A stretch of DNA of 64,000 nucleotides. It comes from Rhynchopus sp. YZ270_cl-10 (Eukaryota). A model generated the notes under the pieces. That model saw only the letters and a program-made list of their open reading frames with translations. It made no database searches and was not told where the DNA came from. This document shows, in pieces, positions 33,405 to 43,805 of the stretch. Numbering within the stretch: the stretch's first letter is position 1; every line of letters begins with the position of its first letter. The translations under genes were made by a program, and so were the position numbers. The stretch covers positions 1,674,001 to 1,738,000 of the forward strand of contig OZ037840.1 of NCBI GenBank assembly GCA_964035575.1, given 5' to 3'.

Positions 33405-35150
33405 ATGCGATGGATCGAGGGCGTGCTGTCTCTGGACGGGACGTTGGGAAAGAAGGAGCGCATGAGGCGGATACTGCTACTTCTCATTATGACTGTCTGC
33501 GCCATGTTCACGATGTTTGCTTTGTTCAGCTATAGAAACGTTGGCTTTTCCGGGCGGCCTGTGGCGGTGGGTGCGCTGACACTGCACCTCTTGTTGTGCA
33601 TATTTCCTATTGTGTGCCTTCTGTGCAAACGTCCGCTCACAGATACATTGATTAAGTTCGTAGCTGCAGGCTGGTGTGTCACGATGCTTTCGACGGACCT
33701 GTCGGCGCGAACCACCTCAAGGCAATCATGGCCCTTTCTCGTGCTGGTCGTGGACTTCCTGCTTGTGATGCAAGTGCAGGGGCGTTTCGTGTGGTACATT
33801 GTTGTTGTCTCTCTGGTGTACCTGCTAGTTGTCGCAGCCGAAGAGACGACCAGGTTTGGCGTACTAGATCTACCTGGCCTCGTGCCACAGTCCAGTAGGT
33901 GGGAGCGTCTGCAATAAATATCATCCTGCACGTCCTTACCCTGTCCCGTACCACATGACACCAGCGCACGCCACTTCCTGATGTCCGCAACGGTCTTCAT
34001 CATCGACTTCATCGCAACGCGAGGATTTGCAAGTGACGTTCTGAAGGAGCAGGCATCAATGGAGCGGACGATCAACGCTGTGCAGGAGATCGCGTCGCTG
34101 CTTGCGGGGTACGACGTGGAGCAGGTGGCGGAGCTGTTGGCAACACATGAACACGAGCTGCCTGAGGGGATGACGACAGCACTGCGGAGGTTGGAGCAGA
34201 ACCTGCGTGTGTACAAGGCGTACCTCCCGAAGACGTGTCTGCCGTTTGAGGAGGATGAGGACAGCTGTCAGCACAGTGATAGTGTTTCGCTGACAAGGGA
34301 AAGTAGCGAGACTTCAAACAGCTCCAGCTTTGTGAAGCCAAATGATACGGTCTTGCGTGTGCTGGGTCTTGCCTCAGCAGAGGCAACACTGTTGACAGTG
34401 AACATCAAAGACACGTTGCGTATTGTGGTAGAGGACCACGCATGCTTCTCTGAGCTCTTCGCAGCAGTTCTTTCGCACACACTGGATGCAACAGCAGCAA
34501 GGCACGGGATGGTGGACGTCTTTGTTGGGGACAGGATCCACTGCTCGTTCAACGTCTCACGGAGGTGTGCAAACCACGCCACCTCAGCACTGCATGCAGC
34601 AACAATGCTGTTTCGGAGAGGAGGCGATTACCTGGTCTCACACTTCAACATCGGGATAGCGACTGGGAAGGTGCTGCGTGGTGACATGGGGTGTGAGGTG
34701 ATGCGCCGCTTCAGCATGGTGGGTGCGCTTGTGCGTGACGTGCACCTCATTGAACGTGCAGGACGTGTGTTTGGCTGTGACGTGCTGTGCAACCGCATCT
34801 GCTTCAGCGATGCTGAGTGCGAACACGACTTGCGTCTGATCCCCTGCAAGGTGGAAGTGGCGCAGGACTGCGAGGCTGCGGTTGTGGCTGAGCTTGTGCT
34901 GGCGAGCAGCAACACGATGGAATGTGGTGACAACGTTGACAAGGACGAGTGGATGTACGTGATTGGCGGCGCAAAGCGTTGGGACCCTTACAACACAGTG
35001 GTGCGTGGGTACCTGAGAGGCACTGCGACTGCAGAGGAGGTGGCGGCACAGGCAGCGAAGGGTGACTACTCCAGCACCCCAGTGACTGTTGTGGCGGGTG
35101 CGAGACGTGTTTTGCACCTTCCTGTGTACGATGACGTGGCGAACCCTTAG
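33405..35150 (+). pseudogene. 6-TM pseudo-cyclase paralog 5, interrupted by one in-frame TAA
   Basis: ORFs 33405..33917 and 33981..35150 share a frame; reading through TAA 33915-33917 gives WERLQ*ISSCTSLPCPVP, matching the family CxxLPC loop. Confidence 0.82.
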
Positions 35151-35430
35151 TCACATGACTGTACAGTGCAGATGCTGCACAATTATTTTTGCAACTGACG
35201 CGCTGGAGAGGCCCTGGCCAAACATGGCGTGTTAGGGGAAATATATTCGTCGCACAGATTAGATCAGAGACCCCACCCGATGTGTTTCTCATTTTACCTC
35301 TTTTGTGCTCCGCCACCGACACTCCCATTTTCTGTACTTCAGGCAATAATCATATACCATCACACACTGACACAGTCCGCGTGTGCTGGAAACAATCAAT
35401 TTTTTCAAAAAAAAAAAAAAAAAATGTGGA

Positions 35431-36619
35431 GGGGGGTATGTAATTTGACCGGTTCTGACCGGTCACTTAACCAGTGTGTTGTCAAAAATTCCCGAAAAAA
35501 TCGGGTATTTTTGTGTACAAATAGTACCCGGTCAAAATAGGGTATGTAATTTGACCGGCACCCCATTTTGACCGGCATTTTGACCGGGTACTATTTATAC
35601 ACAAAAAATACCCGATTTTTTGAAAAAAACCAAAGGGGGGACCCTTTGGTCGTCGAAATTCCCCAGCCAAAATTGGTCGCAAAATCGGCCGATTTTTCAA
35701 AAATCTCAAAAAAAAAAAAATCCAAAATTTTTTTTCACAAGTGTTTTTGAGGCCTGCTCACTACACCCTAGGCACCCTCCTGGGACCAAAAAGTCAAAAA
35801 AAGCAAGAATTAGGCGGTTTTGAGCATCTAGAGTTTATTCCCCGGCCATTTTCTGTACCACCAGTGCATTTTGTATGGGCCAGCGCCTTGTCAAAAAATC
35901 GAAAAATCGAAAAAAAAAAAATTTTTTTTCCCGGGAAAATTTCGACCCCTGAGTTGGGTTTTTGGGCACCAAAAAGTGCAAAAAAACGCAAAATTTTGGT
36001 GTTTTGACCCTCCAGAAGCACCCAAAAACGTACTTTTGTACAAAAACACGCATATTACACATTTCCTTAGCAATTCTTTTCACAAGTACTAGGCGATTTT
36101 TGACCTGACAAAATTTTGTTTTATCGCCCAAAATCGGGCGTGGTAGGTCATAAAATGGCCCAAAGAATCCAAAGAAAACCTCAGAAATAGCTGTTCGCGA
36201 AATTTCGCAAGTCAAACTTCAGCCACAATACGGTCATTTTGTGCACACCCTGTGACTGTAGTGGCTAGAGAACACGCACATGTAGACTCGTTCCTTGCAA
36301 TTTCCAGTGCTGTGTTTATCAATGCATGCATCCAGAGGACCTCTGGTTTACGACATCGTAGGCACTCCTGTGCAAAAATGAAGTCGGTTTTTGACCCAAA
36401 ATCGGGGTGGGTGGGCCATAATTTGCTCCAAATTTGGCCGAAAATTGGGATTTTTCTGAAAATTTCATTGTGCTCAACAAAAATCCTTGCTTTTTTGAAG
36501 AATTTTCCAAAAAATATGCTATACTCCCTATGACTGGACCCAACTCCCCTCACCCTTTTTTTTTCACCCAAAGGGCCGGTCAAATTTTACACACTAATAC
36601 ACAAAGTTACATACCCCCC
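35431..36619. mobile_element. ~1.19-kb non-autonomous TIR element
   Basis: Ends GGGGGGTATGTAA / TTACATACCCCCC; GGA on both flanks (possible 3-bp TSD); subterminal TTGACCGG repeats; internal ~43-bp inverted repeat at 35496-35620; no credible ORF. Confidence 0.65.
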
Positions 36620-37882
36620 GGAAGCGTGCAATGCAACAAACGGTCGAGATCTGATCAAACGAAACGGATATATTTTCGTGAACACTTTGAGTGACCCCGT
36701 ATTCGGCAAGATACTCGAGAATAGCCCAATAGGTATATATACCTGTGTATACAGGCATATATTGGTACACAGACTATACATTTTTTTCCCTCCGACAAAT
36801 CAGTATGCGAACACAACGCCTTATTCTTTTCCCTCTCCCCATTTGTGTCGTCTTTTAGCCACAAGCACAGTAACGAGTCTCTCGAGCGTGTTAGCGTTAT
36901 TCTTCACGTGTTTTTCAAAGTGGCGAACGCGTGAGTCTGAGATAGACCCTGAGGCATCATGAGGGAGCCCGAGGTTGTAAATGTGCTGTTTTGTTGCGAA
37001 TACGTTACGTCGTTCTTTGTTTGAATGCATGTGTTGCAGCAGAATATTGTGTAATTATGAACTTTATGCAGCATCCAGAGGGCCTGCGAATTATCTGCAA
37101 TCCCGCCTCTGTAGCGAGCTCTGTGACTCAGAGCGGTTGGCGGCGAATGATCACTTCAAACCTTCTGTGACTGTTGCATCACCGCCTTTTCGAGACTTTC
37201 ATTTTAAATGAGGTTTTCAAAAAAAAAGAAAATATATGGAAAGCCACCTTTGTTTACACTTATGGTTCCCCGAAGGCTTTCAGTTTCATTTTTACTTCTT
37301 GGCGATAGTGTTTTCGACGAAAAAACACTAAAATGGAAGAACGTACATTTCTCTAAAAGTTCTGTCTTTTTTTTTACCACTCACGTCTCTCCCTTTGCAT
37401 TGACCTCTGCTGAGCACATTTCAATTTCTCGTTGTTGTGGCCATTGGTAGCATGTATGCACGGTGATTGTGAACCAAAGCAATGCTGCCACAAGCGAACA
37501 CACAGGTGACGAAGCGACATCTCCTCAAAATGTTATTTTTTTCCAAAGTCAAACCCTTGACGTGACCTTCTCACCTTTTTGCAGACTTCGAAGTAGATTA
37601 GCTGCTGAGTTGGGCCAACTACTATCATGCTTCAACGCACGCATCTTGGAAAAAAAAAGCAATCAAACATAACACCTGAAAGACAACAAAAAGTTAACAA
37701 CACTTTCCGCACCCTGTATTATTCTCTTTCTGCAATTCCCATTGAATATCGCGTCTAGCTGCGGTCTTCATCGATCCCAGAGCCAAGACGGGTTTGCGCC
37801 TGCAGTAGCTCCCCCCTCCGTCTCTTCTCTTCTCCCTCACAGCAAAAGTACAGCAACACCACCCACCCTCCCTCTAGTAACG

Positions 37883-39454
37883 ATGCTGTCACGATGCCGC
37901 ACAGTGTGCACAGCGCTCCCAGCGTTGTTCCCTGTGCAGGTTGTTGGGTCGATGCCGCGGACGCAGTTTGTGCAGGATGTGGTTGAGGATATTAGTGCGT
38001 GCAGTGCGAGGGGGGAGGACGCCCCTGACGCTCTAGAGACAGCGTTGCAGGCAGGTGTCGCGTACGCGGTGGCTGTGCAGGAGCGTGCTGGGGTCGAAGT
38101 AGTGTCGGATGGTGAGCTGCGCCGTAAATCCTATCTCGGTGTTGTTGCCGAGCTTGCGCACGGCTTCTCAACAGGAACCCGCAACGGTGTCCACCACACC
38201 ATCATCCGCGACCCGCTCACCACCAAAAACCCCGGCTTCATCGTGCACGAAGTCACCTCCCTCAAGAAAATCACCTCCCGCCCCGTTCGCGTCGCTCTCC
38301 CAGCTCCAGGGCTTCTTGGGGAAAGGCTGTACGACCCAGAACTGTCTCGCGATGCATATCAAACGAGAGAGCAATTTGTGGAGGCGACGGTGCCGTTTTT
38401 GCGGAAGGAGTTAGAATTGCTGAAGGCAGCAGGGTGCAGCCAGGTGCAGATTGATGACCCGCATTTGTGTTTATTTGTCGATGAAGATGTGCGGCGCAAG
38501 CACCCAGACTGTGAAGGGGCGGCAGCATTTGCTGTGGCGATGATAAACAAGCTGGTTGACGGGCTTGCAGATGACAGCTTTCATATTGCGGTCCATCTTT
38601 GCCGCCGTGCTGGAGGCCGTGCACGGGGTGATGCAGCGCACGCAGGACCCTACCAGACAATCCTGACCCACCTCAACAACCTCCAAGTCAATGAGCTCGT
38701 CATGGAGTTTTCCTCTCCCGAAGCTGGAGCCGAGGCTGCCATCCTTCAGTCCCTTCGCGACGATTTCTCCATTGGTTACGGCTGCGTCGGGGTGACCCCT
38801 GGAGTCATCGATGCTACAGAAACCATCGTAGAGCGCGTAGAAAACGCATTGAAATTCATTTCCCCCGACCGTTTACGGTTGAATCCGGACTGTGGATTCG
38901 CCCCTGGGTCCACAGCGAAGGTTGACATGGATGAGGTTTTTATGAAGCTCTCGAATATGGCTGCCGCGGGGAAGGTGCTGCGGCAGAAATACTCCACAGA
39001 TCTGCATCGGAGAGAGGTCCCACCGAGGCCGAAGAGGCGGGTGTATTTGGACGGGATTTTTGATTTGTTTCATGTAGGCCATCTTCGTGCATTGCAGCAT
39101 GGGAAAACGTGTACGGGGGGTGACGTGCATCTTATCGCTGGCGTCGTTGGAGATGACATTGCAGAGCCTTACAAACGCCGTCCTGTGGTTAATGAAGACG
39201 ACAGGGCGGCGATTGTCGGGGCGCTCCCCTGTGTAGACGAGGTGGTAGTGCCTGCGCCGCTCGAGGTGACAGAGGCCTATCTCAAGGAGCACAGCATCGA
39301 CACAGTCATCCACGGCTTCGCAGATGAGGCGGACAAAGCGAAGTTCATGACACGCTGTGCGGTGCCTGTGGAGTTGGGGGTGTTCAAGGAGACGCCGTAC
39401 ACCTTTGGGGTCTCCACCTCGCAGCTGCTGAAGGGGGTCGCGAATAAGGTCTGA
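37883..39454 (+). CDS. Fusion: cobalamin-independent methionine synthase catalytic-type domain (Meth_synt_2) + HxGH cytidylyltransferase (~523 aa)
   Basis: VVGSMPR, VVSDGELRR, VQIDDP, HLC, MEF, NPDCGF, followed in the same frame by RVYLDGIFDLFHVGH, YKRRP and YTFGVSTS. Confidence 0.88.
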   Translation: MLSRCRTVCTALPALFPVQVVGSMPRTQFVQDVVEDISACSARGEDAPDALETALQAGVAYAVAVQERAGVEVVSDGELRRKSYLGVVAELAHGFSTGTRNGVHHTIIRDPLTTKNPGFIVHEVTSLKKITSRPVRVALPAPGLLGERLYDPELSRDAYQTREQFVEATVPFLRKELELLKAAGCSQVQIDDPHLCLFVDEDVRRKHPDCEGAAAFAVAMINKLVDGLADDSFHIAVHLCRRAGGRARGDAAHAGPYQTILTHLNNLQVNELVMEFSSPEAGAEAAILQSLRDDFSIGYGCVGVTPGVIDATETIVERVENALKFISPDRLRLNPDCGFAPGSTAKVDMDEVFMKLSNMAAAGKVLRQKYSTDLHRREVPPRPKRRVYLDGIFDLFHVGHLRALQHGKTCTGGDVHLIAGVVGDDIAEPYKRRPVVNEDDRAAIVGALPCVDEVVVPAPLEVTEAYLKEHSIDTVIHGFADEADKAKFMTRCAVPVELGVFKETPYTFGVSTSQLLKGVANKV

Positions 39455-40100
39455 GAGGGAGAGAGATTTTTTTTTGGAAGCGAACAACAAACCGCCTCTA
39501 TTTTTTCCCGTTCCCGTTTATAGTCTTTTGAGGCAACAAGCAAAGAGTAACGAGCATTTTTGGAATGTTTGTGACTAACCAGAGCTGAGGTTCGACTTTT
39601 TGATTTTTTTTCCCCGGTCGTTAAAAAAAGGCTGGGGTAAAGAGCGGGATTCTCCGAGGATACCGACTCCGTTCTCTGACTGTACGGACCACTCATGTCC
39701 CTTTGCATGAGCTCGACTGATCTGTGTTTAGCACAGTTTTAACTACTTTTTGCTTTGTTTTTAATTGTTGTTGTTGTTTTTCCTCGGTTCTCTGTGTTGC
39801 TGTGTTTTTCGATGACAAAGCATATTTCGCCGTTTTTTTGACTTTTCCCTCGCTGTTCTGCCTTGCTTATCCCTCTGCATCTGCTGACACTCAATGGTGA
39901 GTGTCCTCATTAACTTCCCTCCCTCCACTTTTCCGCCTTCGTAACATTGCCTGCAAATGTTTTTAGTGCCTGCGTCCCAGAGGCGCTTGGACTATTAGCT
40001 TCACTTTTTTTATGCACTTTCTAAAAAGGAGAGCGGACGTTGAACGAATGAATGCATACAGAAGAAAGCTACACTATTCGAATCATCCACCTCATTTTTA

Positions 40101-40158
40101 CCCGCGTATAGGCGCGTAAAGGCGCATATAGGTCCGTACAGGCTCCCTATACGCGGGG
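40101..40158. repeat. 58-bp hairpin / mini-MITE with internal 10-bp repeats
   Basis: TA|CCCGCGTATAGG...CCTATACGCGGGG|TA; four direct variants of CGCGTATAGG. Confidence 0.55.
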
Positions 40159-40735
40159 TAAAAATCAGGTGGACCATGTTCCAAAAGCAAAAGAGAAAAA
40201 GGGCGTGGCGTGGATATATTCTGTTGCGACACGTGATTTTTCCAAGTTTTCAGAAAAAGAAAAAACACAACACCATTATTAGGAGCAATGTTTCGCTCGG
40301 AACTACATAATATTATTTGTTTATTTTCCACTCACAACACAACGTTTATAACACACACAATAGGACACATTTTATTAAACTTGTGGAAACCAGCGCAGCT
40401 GTTGCTCCGCGATAACGAATATGACAAGGTGACTAAGCACGAGAGGCTTAGGGTCATCTCATAAACTTTTCTTTGTTTTGTTTTGTTTTTTTGTTACACT
40501 TTCTTTCACCCCTATGCATTTTGGCATACATTAACTTATACTTTACATTGTATTACTAAAAGAACCCCAAAACCCATTTTCCCCCTCAACATACTGACAT
40601 CTGTCTCAAAAACGCATACAAAATCTGCCTAGACGACGGCCCGTATTCTTTTCTTGCAAAGAAATATACAGACCTCCATTACTCAAATAGCCTCCTCACT
40701 CTGACAGATTTTTACCAAAAAATAAAAGCAACAAT

Positions 40736-42265
40736 ATGTCAACGTTCAATGAAATCTTTGCCGCTGAGGAGAAGAAGGGCAACATCAAGAAGCAGGCCAC
40801 TGTAGGCCGTACTCTGGCAGAGGAGAAGGCGAAGGAGCGTGGCCACACCGCGCCCGCCGAGAAGGTCCACCCGAGCGACGATGCTGACATCCGCAAAGCA
40901 AGAAAGGAACGCCGCAAGACCGCGAAGGAGGAGCTCCGTGAGAAGGCGGTTCGCGAGCGGAAGCTGGGTGACGAGAACAAACAGCGCCGTATTGCGAAAC
41001 AAAAGGTGTGGGAGGAGACTAGAAGAATCCAGAATGAAGAGCTAGCTGAGCAAAAGCGCCACGATGACGCGGTCGAAGGTGTCGTCGGCGGTCTGGCCAT
41101 CGTTCAAACCCTTGCCGCCAGTGGAGTCCCCGCCACCTTCCGTGGCATTACTGATGTCGAGCATCTTCATGAAAACCGCGTCAACATGCGTGGCAAGAAG
41201 CAGGCCAACGCTGAAAAGGTTTCCGAATGCATCGAAACCCTTGCCCTCGGTGTACAGAAGGGGCTCATCAGCCCCTATCAAATTGCAGTGCGCCTCTCCG
41301 CAGTACCGATGAACTTCCTGAACTGCTTTGACACCTTCCTTGACGAGAACCTGCCAGAGGAAGACAGCCTGCGCATCAAAAACTGGCTCACCTCCCAACG
41401 TTCACACGTCAGCACCGGAAAGGACACCTTCGTCGCAGCGCAGAAGTCCTTTGTTCCGGTCGACCCTGCAACGCTCTCCGCCGACGATGATGAAGATGAC
41501 GAAGAAGGTGAAGAGGCTGAGGAAGGTGAGGAGGGTGGTTCTGATGACGAAGCTGAGGTGGAGGGTGCGACTGACGAGAAGCAGGAGAAGCAGGAGGAGC
41601 GGACTGAGAAGAAGGTTGCCAAGCGGAAGAAGGGTGACGAGACCAAGCAGGCGCGCCAAGCAGCTTGGGAGGCTACGAATAAAGTCAACAAGGCAGAGCA
41701 AGCTGAAGCAAAGCGCCACGAAGACGCAGTCGAAGGTGTCGTGGGCGCTCTGGCCATCCTTCAAACCCTTGCCGCCAGTGGAGTCCCCGCCACCTTCCGT
41801 GGCGTGACTGATGTAGAGTATCTTCATGAAAACCGCATCAACATGCGTGGCAAAAAGCAAGCCCACGCTGAACAGGTCTGCGACGGCATCGAAACCCTTG
41901 CCCTCCGTGTCCAGAAGGGCGTCATCAGCCCCTATCAAATTGCGGCACGTCTCTCTGCAGTGCCGATGAACTTCCTGAACTCATTCGACGCCTTCCTCGA
42001 CGAGAACCTGCCAGCGGAAGAAAGCAAGCGCATCAAAAACTGGCTCACCTCCCAACGCTCGCACATCGGCACCGGAAAGGACGCCTTCCTCACCGCGCAG
42101 AAATCCTTTGTTCCGGTCGACCCCGCCACGCTCCCATCCGAGGATGATGGAGAAGGTGAAGAGGCTGAGGAAGGTGAGGAGGGTGGTTCTGATGACGATG
42201 TGATGGGTGATGACGACGAGGCCAGCAGCGAGGAGCCCCCAGCAAAGAAGAGGAGGCTGAAGTAA
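40736..42265 (+). CDS. Hypothetical charged protein built from two tandem ~219-aa units, with acidic tracts and a C-terminal NLS-like motif
   Basis: 509-aa ORF; KRHxDAVEGVVG..SFVPVDPATL occurs twice 657 bp apart; ends PPAKKRRLK. Confidence 0.85.
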   Translation: MSTFNEIFAAEEKKGNIKKQATVGRTLAEEKAKERGHTAPAEKVHPSDDADIRKARKERRKTAKEELREKAVRERKLGDENKQRRIAKQKVWEETRRIQNEELAEQKRHDDAVEGVVGGLAIVQTLAASGVPATFRGITDVEHLHENRVNMRGKKQANAEKVSECIETLALGVQKGLISPYQIAVRLSAVPMNFLNCFDTFLDENLPEEDSLRIKNWLTSQRSHVSTGKDTFVAAQKSFVPVDPATLSADDDEDDEEGEEAEEGEEGGSDDEAEVEGATDEKQEKQEERTEKKVAKRKKGDETKQARQAAWEATNKVNKAEQAEAKRHEDAVEGVVGALAILQTLAASGVPATFRGVTDVEYLHENRINMRGKKQAHAEQVCDGIETLALRVQKGVISPYQIAARLSAVPMNFLNSFDAFLDENLPAEESKRIKNWLTSQRSHIGTGKDAFLTAQKSFVPVDPATLPSEDDGEGEEAEEGEEGGSDDDVMGDDDEASSEEPPAKKRRLK

Positions 42266-42561
42266 AAAGGGATGGGGGGGAAAGAGTCGACATAAGATTT
42301 GAAAAAAGGAGGGGAAAAGGGGGTGTTTTGGTTTTGGTTTTTTTCTTCTTTTTTTGTTTGAAAAAAGAAAAGATGTGTTTTTTTGTAAGGTAGCGTCTAG
42401 TGGAACATTACCTAGGATATGTGTGTGTGCGCGCAAAAAAAAAAAGTGAAGGCAGGAGGGTAAAATAATGGAATTGAATTTAAAATTCAAAACGATTTCC
42501 TCTTTTTTGCGAAGAAGTAAAAATGGGTTTCGTTTATTCTATGTTAAACATTTTCCATTAA

Positions 42562-42764
42562 ATGTTAACCGCGAAATGGATTGTAGGACTAGACTGCATG
42601 GTTGGGTGTCCACCCCCGGTACACCCGGTCATTTGTACCAAAGGTACACTGTGGCTTTTGTGTTTCAACTACTCTTTTTGGATCACGATACAATAGGAAA
42701 TAGAAACGACGAGGGTGCGTGGCCCTTGTATTGTACACTGTACGAGAGGATCTGTATTTCAAAG
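42562..42764 (+). repeat. Family R dispersed repeat, long copy
   Basis: Closely matches 13956-14125, followed by a second partial 3' part. Confidence 0.88.
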
Positions 42765-43006
42765 TTTCATGAGTTTTTCTTTCGCTTAGGGAAGGGGGGA
42801 TCAGTGTTATCAATTTTTTTTTGTTTTTTTTTGGGGTGCTTTTTTCATGGATGGGGCCATCTGTTTTGTAAAGGTGGACGAATGTTCATACTTAGCCTTA
42901 CAGTCTTGATCTGCCATCTGGGGGAGGGGGGTTTGCGGGCGTTATCCTATCACCGATCACTTTGAACAAAAAAAAATAGAACTTTTTTTTTTTGCATCCT
43001 GCACAC

Positions 43007-43615
43007 CAGGCCCTTAGGGTGGTCGGGGGGGTAGCCGCCAACTGCTGGTCCAAACCCGGTTTGCTGGTCAATGCAAAAAACAGGTGAAAATCACACAGTG
43101 GTAAAAAAAGACTCCCTGCCAATGCAGGGAGGTGACGCGCTTTCTCCCCTCTGATGCACAAAATCGTGAAAGGCGGATGGGAGAGGGTGAACCACAAGCC
43201 GTAGTGGGTGTCAGCCTTCTTATCAGTAACCTCAGTACACCTATAAAAGAAGCGGCGGTCATGGTACGCAACATTTCAAAAAAATTCCCTCAAAATGGCA
43301 CATTTTTACTGCCAAACTATGTCATGGGAAGGGTGGATTGGCAAGAATGCGCCGCAGGCGCACGGTACGCTACTTTTTTTATTTCGCCATGCTGCATGCT
43401 TCCTTTTCCTTCGGCGTTTGACCAAGTGAGTCGCGTTCTGGTCTCCCACGGTGTACCCTTGAGCCCCCAGGGTCTCTGCATCCGTGACACACCCGACTCT
43501 TGTGGCGGGATTCTCAAAAAAAAATCTATTGTTTTTATTTTATTTTTTACCCGGACCAGCAATACCTAGGGTTGCTGGTCCGCTGACCAGCAAAAAGTAC
43601 CACCCTAAGGGCCTG
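43007..43615. mobile_element. 609-bp hAT-like MITE
   Basis: Perfect 17-bp TIR CAGGCCCTTAGGGTGGT / ACCACCCTAAGGGCCTG; 8-bp TSD CTGCACAC (42999-43006, 43616-43623); subterminal TGCTGGTC / GACCAGCA repeats. Confidence 0.9.
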
Positions 43616-43805
43616 CTGCACACCTCCTTCCTGCAAATCTCAACCCACTACAGAAATTTATGATTTTCACTCCCCCCCCCCCTAGGTGCAACTAACAAAC
43701 TCTCCCCCTGTTTCGTTTCCCGTTTTTTCTGTGTGAAGATAGCTGTTGGCACCGTTCATTTTTCCCGCTTTTTGAAAACCCGCTCTTCACCAAAAATTTT
43801 TCAAA

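Noticed and set aside
33915..33917. Stop-codon reassignment
   Set aside because: Only one case; TAA, TAG and TGA all terminate other genes in the window.
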